In this document: piece by piece, positions 61,462-64,000 of the stretch
How the letters are laid out: the number at the start of each line of letters is the position of its first letter
Position numbering within the stretch: position 1 is the first letter of the stretch
Assembly: GCA_946482065.1 (NCBI GenBank)
Contig: CAMLQA010000003.1
Location: 21,947-85,946 of the forward strand
From: an uncultured Dysgonomonas sp.
GTDB lineage: Bacteria > Bacteroidota > Bacteroidia > Bacteroidales > Dysgonomonadaceae
Direction of reading: 5' to 3'
Length of the DNA: 64,000 bases
Program-made: the position numbers and the translations under genes
The notes under the pieces: generated by a model
Told to the model about the DNA's origin: nothing
The model's database searches: none
The model's input: only the letters and a program-made list of their open reading frames with translations

Positions 61462-62424
61462 ATGGAAAAACCATATGCTATTGGGATTGACATTGGTGGA
61501 ACTAATTCTGTCTTCGGTATTGTAGACAAAAGAGGTCATATAATCAACCAAGGGTCAATCAAAACTGGTGCATACCGCGAAATTAATGATTATGTAAATA
61601 ATCTTGCAATCGGAGTACAGGCAATTATTGATCAAGTTGGTGGTTATGAAAACATTAAAGGTATTGGAGTCGGCGCACCAAACGGAAATTATTTTACAGG
61701 CTGTATCGAATTTGCACCAAATTTACCATGGAAAGGTGTTATACCTTTGGCACAAATGTTATCCGACAAACTTAATATTCCAGTTGCATTAACTAATGAT
61801 GCAAACGCAGCAGCAATTGGAGAAATGACATATGGTGCTGCCCGTGGGATGAAAGATTTCATTGTTATTACTCTTGGTACGGGAGTTGGTAGCGGTATAG
61901 TAGTTAATGGTCAATTAGTATATGGTAATGATGGATTTGCAGGTGAATTAGGTCATACCACTATTCGCCGCGATGGTCGTTTATGTGGTTGCGGTCGGAA
62001 AGGATGTCTTGAAACATATAGCTCTGCGACCGGTGTTGTTCGCACAGCCAGAGAATATGTCGAAACAAGAAAAGAACCAAGTTTACTTCGTGAATTGAAG
62101 CCGGAAGATATTACATCGAAAGACGTATATGATGCGGCAATGCAAGGAGATGCCATAGCAAAAGAGATTTTTGAATTTACCGGACAGCTATTAGGCGAAG
62201 CCTTTGCTGATTTTGTCGCTTTCTCAAGTCCCGAAGCCATTATTTTGTTTGGGGGACTAACCAAATCAGGAAAATTGATATTTGATCCTATCCGTAAACA
62301 TATGGAGGAAAATATGCTAAATATTTACAGAAATAAAGTTAAGCTTCTTATGTCTGAACTAAAAGAAAGCGATGCAGCCGTTTTGGGCGCAAGCGCATTA
62401 GGCTGGGAAGTAAAAGACTATTAA
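61462..62424 (+). CDS. ROK family glucokinase
   Basis: IGIDIGGTN. ROK zinc motif GHTTIRRDGRLCGCGRKGCLETYSSATG. Confidence 0.85.
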   Translation: MEKPYAIGIDIGGTNSVFGIVDKRGHIINQGSIKTGAYREINDYVNNLAIGVQAIIDQVGGYENIKGIGVGAPNGNYFTGCIEFAPNLPWKGVIPLAQMLSDKLNIPVALTNDANAAAIGEMTYGAARGMKDFIVITLGTGVGSGIVVNGQLVYGNDGFAGELGHTTIRRDGRLCGCGRKGCLETYSSATGVVRTAREYVETRKEPSLLRELKPEDITSKDVYDAAMQGDAIAKEIFEFTGQLLGEAFADFVAFSSPEAIILFGGLTKSGKLIFDPIRKHMEENMLNIYRNKVKLLMSELKESDAAVLGASALGWEVKDY

Positions 62425-62451
62425 GCCGAATCATTAAATCGATTGAATATA

Positions 62452-62487
62452 AAAGCAGCCTGTTTCAGAAAATGAACAGGCTGCTTT
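62452..62487 (+). terminator. Intrinsic terminator after the ROK kinase gene
   Basis: AGCAGCCTGTT-loop-AACAGGCTGCT followed by TTT. Confidence 0.65.
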
Positions 62488-62542
62488 CCATTTATAAAGA
62501 GCTATTTTATTACCTTTATGCTTTAATTTAATTACAAGAATA

Positions 62543-63709
62543 ATGAGTGACCAACGTTATAACCAGCGCGGAGTTTCAGCATCAAAAGAAGATGTACATA
62601 ATGCTATTAAAAATATAGATAAAGGGATTTTTCCAAAAGCGTTTTGTAAAATAATTCCTGATATTCTTGGAGGAGACCCTGAATATTGCAATATAATGCA
62701 TGCCGATGGAGCTGGAACCAAATCGTCTCTTGCTTATATGTATTGGCGCGAAACGAATGATATTTCTATATGGAAAGGAATAGCACAAGACGCGCTTATT
62801 ATGAATATTGATGATCTTATTTGTGTAGGTGCAACAGATAATATCCTACTATCCTCAACTATAGGGAGAAATAAGATGTTGATTCCGGGCGAAGTCATTT
62901 CCGCTATTATCAATGGAACTAATGAATTGTGCGAAGAATTATCAAGACTTGGCGTTAATGTATTTCCGGTAGGTGGAGAGACTGCCGATGTTGGTGATTT
63001 AGTCAGAACAATCATTGTAGATAGTACCGTCGCATGCCGGATGAAACGTTCCGACGTCATATCGAATGATAATATTCAGGAAGGCGACGTTATAATTGGT
63101 CTGGCTTCATACGGTCAGGCTTCTTATGAAAATGAGTATAATGGAGGTATGGGGAGTAATGGTTTAACATCTGCCCGTCATGATGTATTTGCTAAATACC
63201 TTGCAATAAAGTATCCGGAAAGTTATGATTCCACTATTCCTGAAGATCTTGTATATTCAGGAAAAATGAAATTAACTGATGAAATTAAAGATTTGAATAT
63301 TGATGCAGGAAAATTAGTTTTATCTCCGACACGGACATATGCTCCTGTCATAAAAAAAGTATTGGAAGAATTACGTCATAAAATTCATGGAATGGTACAT
63401 TGTTCAGGAGGAGCGCAAACAAAAGTACTTCATTATGTAGATAAAGTAAAGATAACTAAAAATAACCTCTTCCCCACTCCACCCTTATTTAAATTAATCC
63501 AAGAACAATCGAATACGGATTGGAAAGAAATGTATAAAGTTTTCAATATGGGACATCGAATGGAAATATATATACCAGCTCAATATGCTCAAGAAGTAAT
63601 AGAAATTTCTAAATCTTTTAATATTGATGCTAAAATAATCGGTTTTGTAGAAAAGTCAGATAAAAAGGAACTTTATATTGAAAGCGAACATGGCAAGTTT
63701 ATTTATTAA
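62543..63709 (+). CDS. purM: AIR synthase (PurM)-family protein, likely phosphoribosylformylglycinamidine cyclo-ligase (long Bacteroidota form)
   Basis: HADGAGTKS, DLICVGA and GMVHCSGGAQTK PurM-like motifs. Confidence 0.7.
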   Translation: MSDQRYNQRGVSASKEDVHNAIKNIDKGIFPKAFCKIIPDILGGDPEYCNIMHADGAGTKSSLAYMYWRETNDISIWKGIAQDALIMNIDDLICVGATDNILLSSTIGRNKMLIPGEVISAIINGTNELCEELSRLGVNVFPVGGETADVGDLVRTIIVDSTVACRMKRSDVISNDNIQEGDVIIGLASYGQASYENEYNGGMGSNGLTSARHDVFAKYLAIKYPESYDSTIPEDLVYSGKMKLTDEIKDLNIDAGKLVLSPTRTYAPVIKKVLEELRHKIHGMVHCSGGAQTKVLHYVDKVKITKNNLFPTPPLFKLIQEQSNTDWKEMYKVFNMGHRMEIYIPAQYAQEVIEISKSFNIDAKIIGFVEKSDKKELYIESEHGKFIY

Positions 63710-63790
63710 ATAAGATTGTTCTGCCGAAATATTTAAATCCGCCTGCAATTCATCATGAATAAGTAATATGACAAAATGACATCATAACAA

Positions 63791-63818
63791 AAAAGCACCT
63801 TATTATTAAGGTGCTTTT
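63791..63818. terminator. Bidirectional terminator between purM-like and cydB
   Basis: AAAAGCACCTTA-TTAT-TAAGGTGCTTTT, a perfect palindrome flanked by A and T runs, between convergent genes. Confidence 0.75.
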
Positions 63819-63843
63819 TCATTGAATAAACAATTCATCAAGT

Positions 63844-64000
63844 TTTAATATATATGACCATCTTCTTTAAAATCCTTAATATCGAAAGGTTTCTTTTCTA
63901 AGGATCTCCATGCATAAAATATATATGCCAATACAAATGGAATTAATAATGAAACTATAGACATAACTGTCAACGTAAATTCACTCGAAGACGAGTTTTC
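63844..64000 (-). CDS. cydB: Cytochrome bd ubiquinol oxidase subunit II, C-terminal fragment (gene continues beyond the window)
   Basis: Hand translation of the minus strand gives ...SSSSEFTLTVMSIVSLLIPFVLAYIFYAWRSLEKKPFDIKDFKEDGHIY*. This matches the conserved CydB C-terminal pattern (SS..LT...PIVL.Y..W.Y). Confidence 0.6.

Noticed and set aside
349-63060. Numerous 60-155 aa ORFs in the track lying antisense to, or out of frame within, large well-supported genes. Examples are 1891-2304(-), 5388-5696(+), 21354-21821(+), 24857-25240(+), 54208-54495(-) and 62734-63060(-).
   Set aside because: Each is fully embedded in a longer ORF that has clear family motifs. Their sequences are low-complexity or shadow-frame-like, with no independent start context, promoter or terminator. 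I treated them as spurious.
1-64000. Search for CRISPR arrays, tRNA/rRNA genes, transposases, integrases, toxin-antitoxin pairs or known defence-system signatures.
   Set aside because: I saw no regularly spaced repeats and no tRNA-like GC-rich cloverleaf segments (for example GGTTCGAAT-type T-arms). There are no recombinase or nuclease-helicase gene clusters. The only sizeable repeat is the 83-nt pair reported above. AT-rich low-complexity spacers can mimic repeats but showed no periodic structure.

Overview
This is a 64 kb, AT-rich chromosomal segment. Gene content and promoter style point to a Bacteroidota (Bacteroidales-like) genome. Supporting signs are T9SS-associated genes, long S16 and NusB forms, an ilv operon carrying an acyl-ACP thioesterase, and recurrent TAnnTTTG -7 boxes.

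Most of the window is tightly packed housekeeping DNA:
- pyrK-pyrD and a TamB-like giant protein
- yebC and rpsP
- ilvD-ilvB-ilvN-thioesterase-ilvC
- DPP-IV, rpiB and rarA
- a nusB-yajC-ybbR-coaE-carbonic anhydrase-znuA-znuC chain
- cmk, ispH, pfkA, dCMP deaminase, an S41 peptidase and 5-FCL
- parE, aroC, a 55-aa ferredoxin missed by the ORF track, and a DUF4105/Lnb-like protein with an AlkP-family partner
- secA, gyrA, meaB, a ROK glucokinase, a purM-like gene and the 3' end of cydB

I recognised no rRNA, tRNA, CRISPR array, transposase, integrase or canonical defence system.

The observations most worth a second look are:
1. A 19-codon Ile/Leu/Val-rich leader ORF with terminator/antiterminator pairing directly upstream of ilvD.
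2. Two surface-glycan-type genes wedged into the ilv operon: a GT8 glycosyltransferase, and a hexapeptide acetyltransferase carrying an A10 tract.
3. A 4.1 kb module (TonB-dependent-receptor-like protein plus an NrtR-family Nudix regulator) bracketed by an 83-nt near-perfect direct repeat that contains the ilvC terminator.
4. A TamB gene whose N-terminal signal anchor is encoded in frame but has no ATG, GTG or TTG start.
5. A small secreted Cys/Lys-rich peptide.
6. Start-less ORF remnants in long spacers, suggesting ongoing gene decay.

All protein calls rest on motifs recognised by eye. No database search was possible, so I cannot say whether any of this is truly undescribed.
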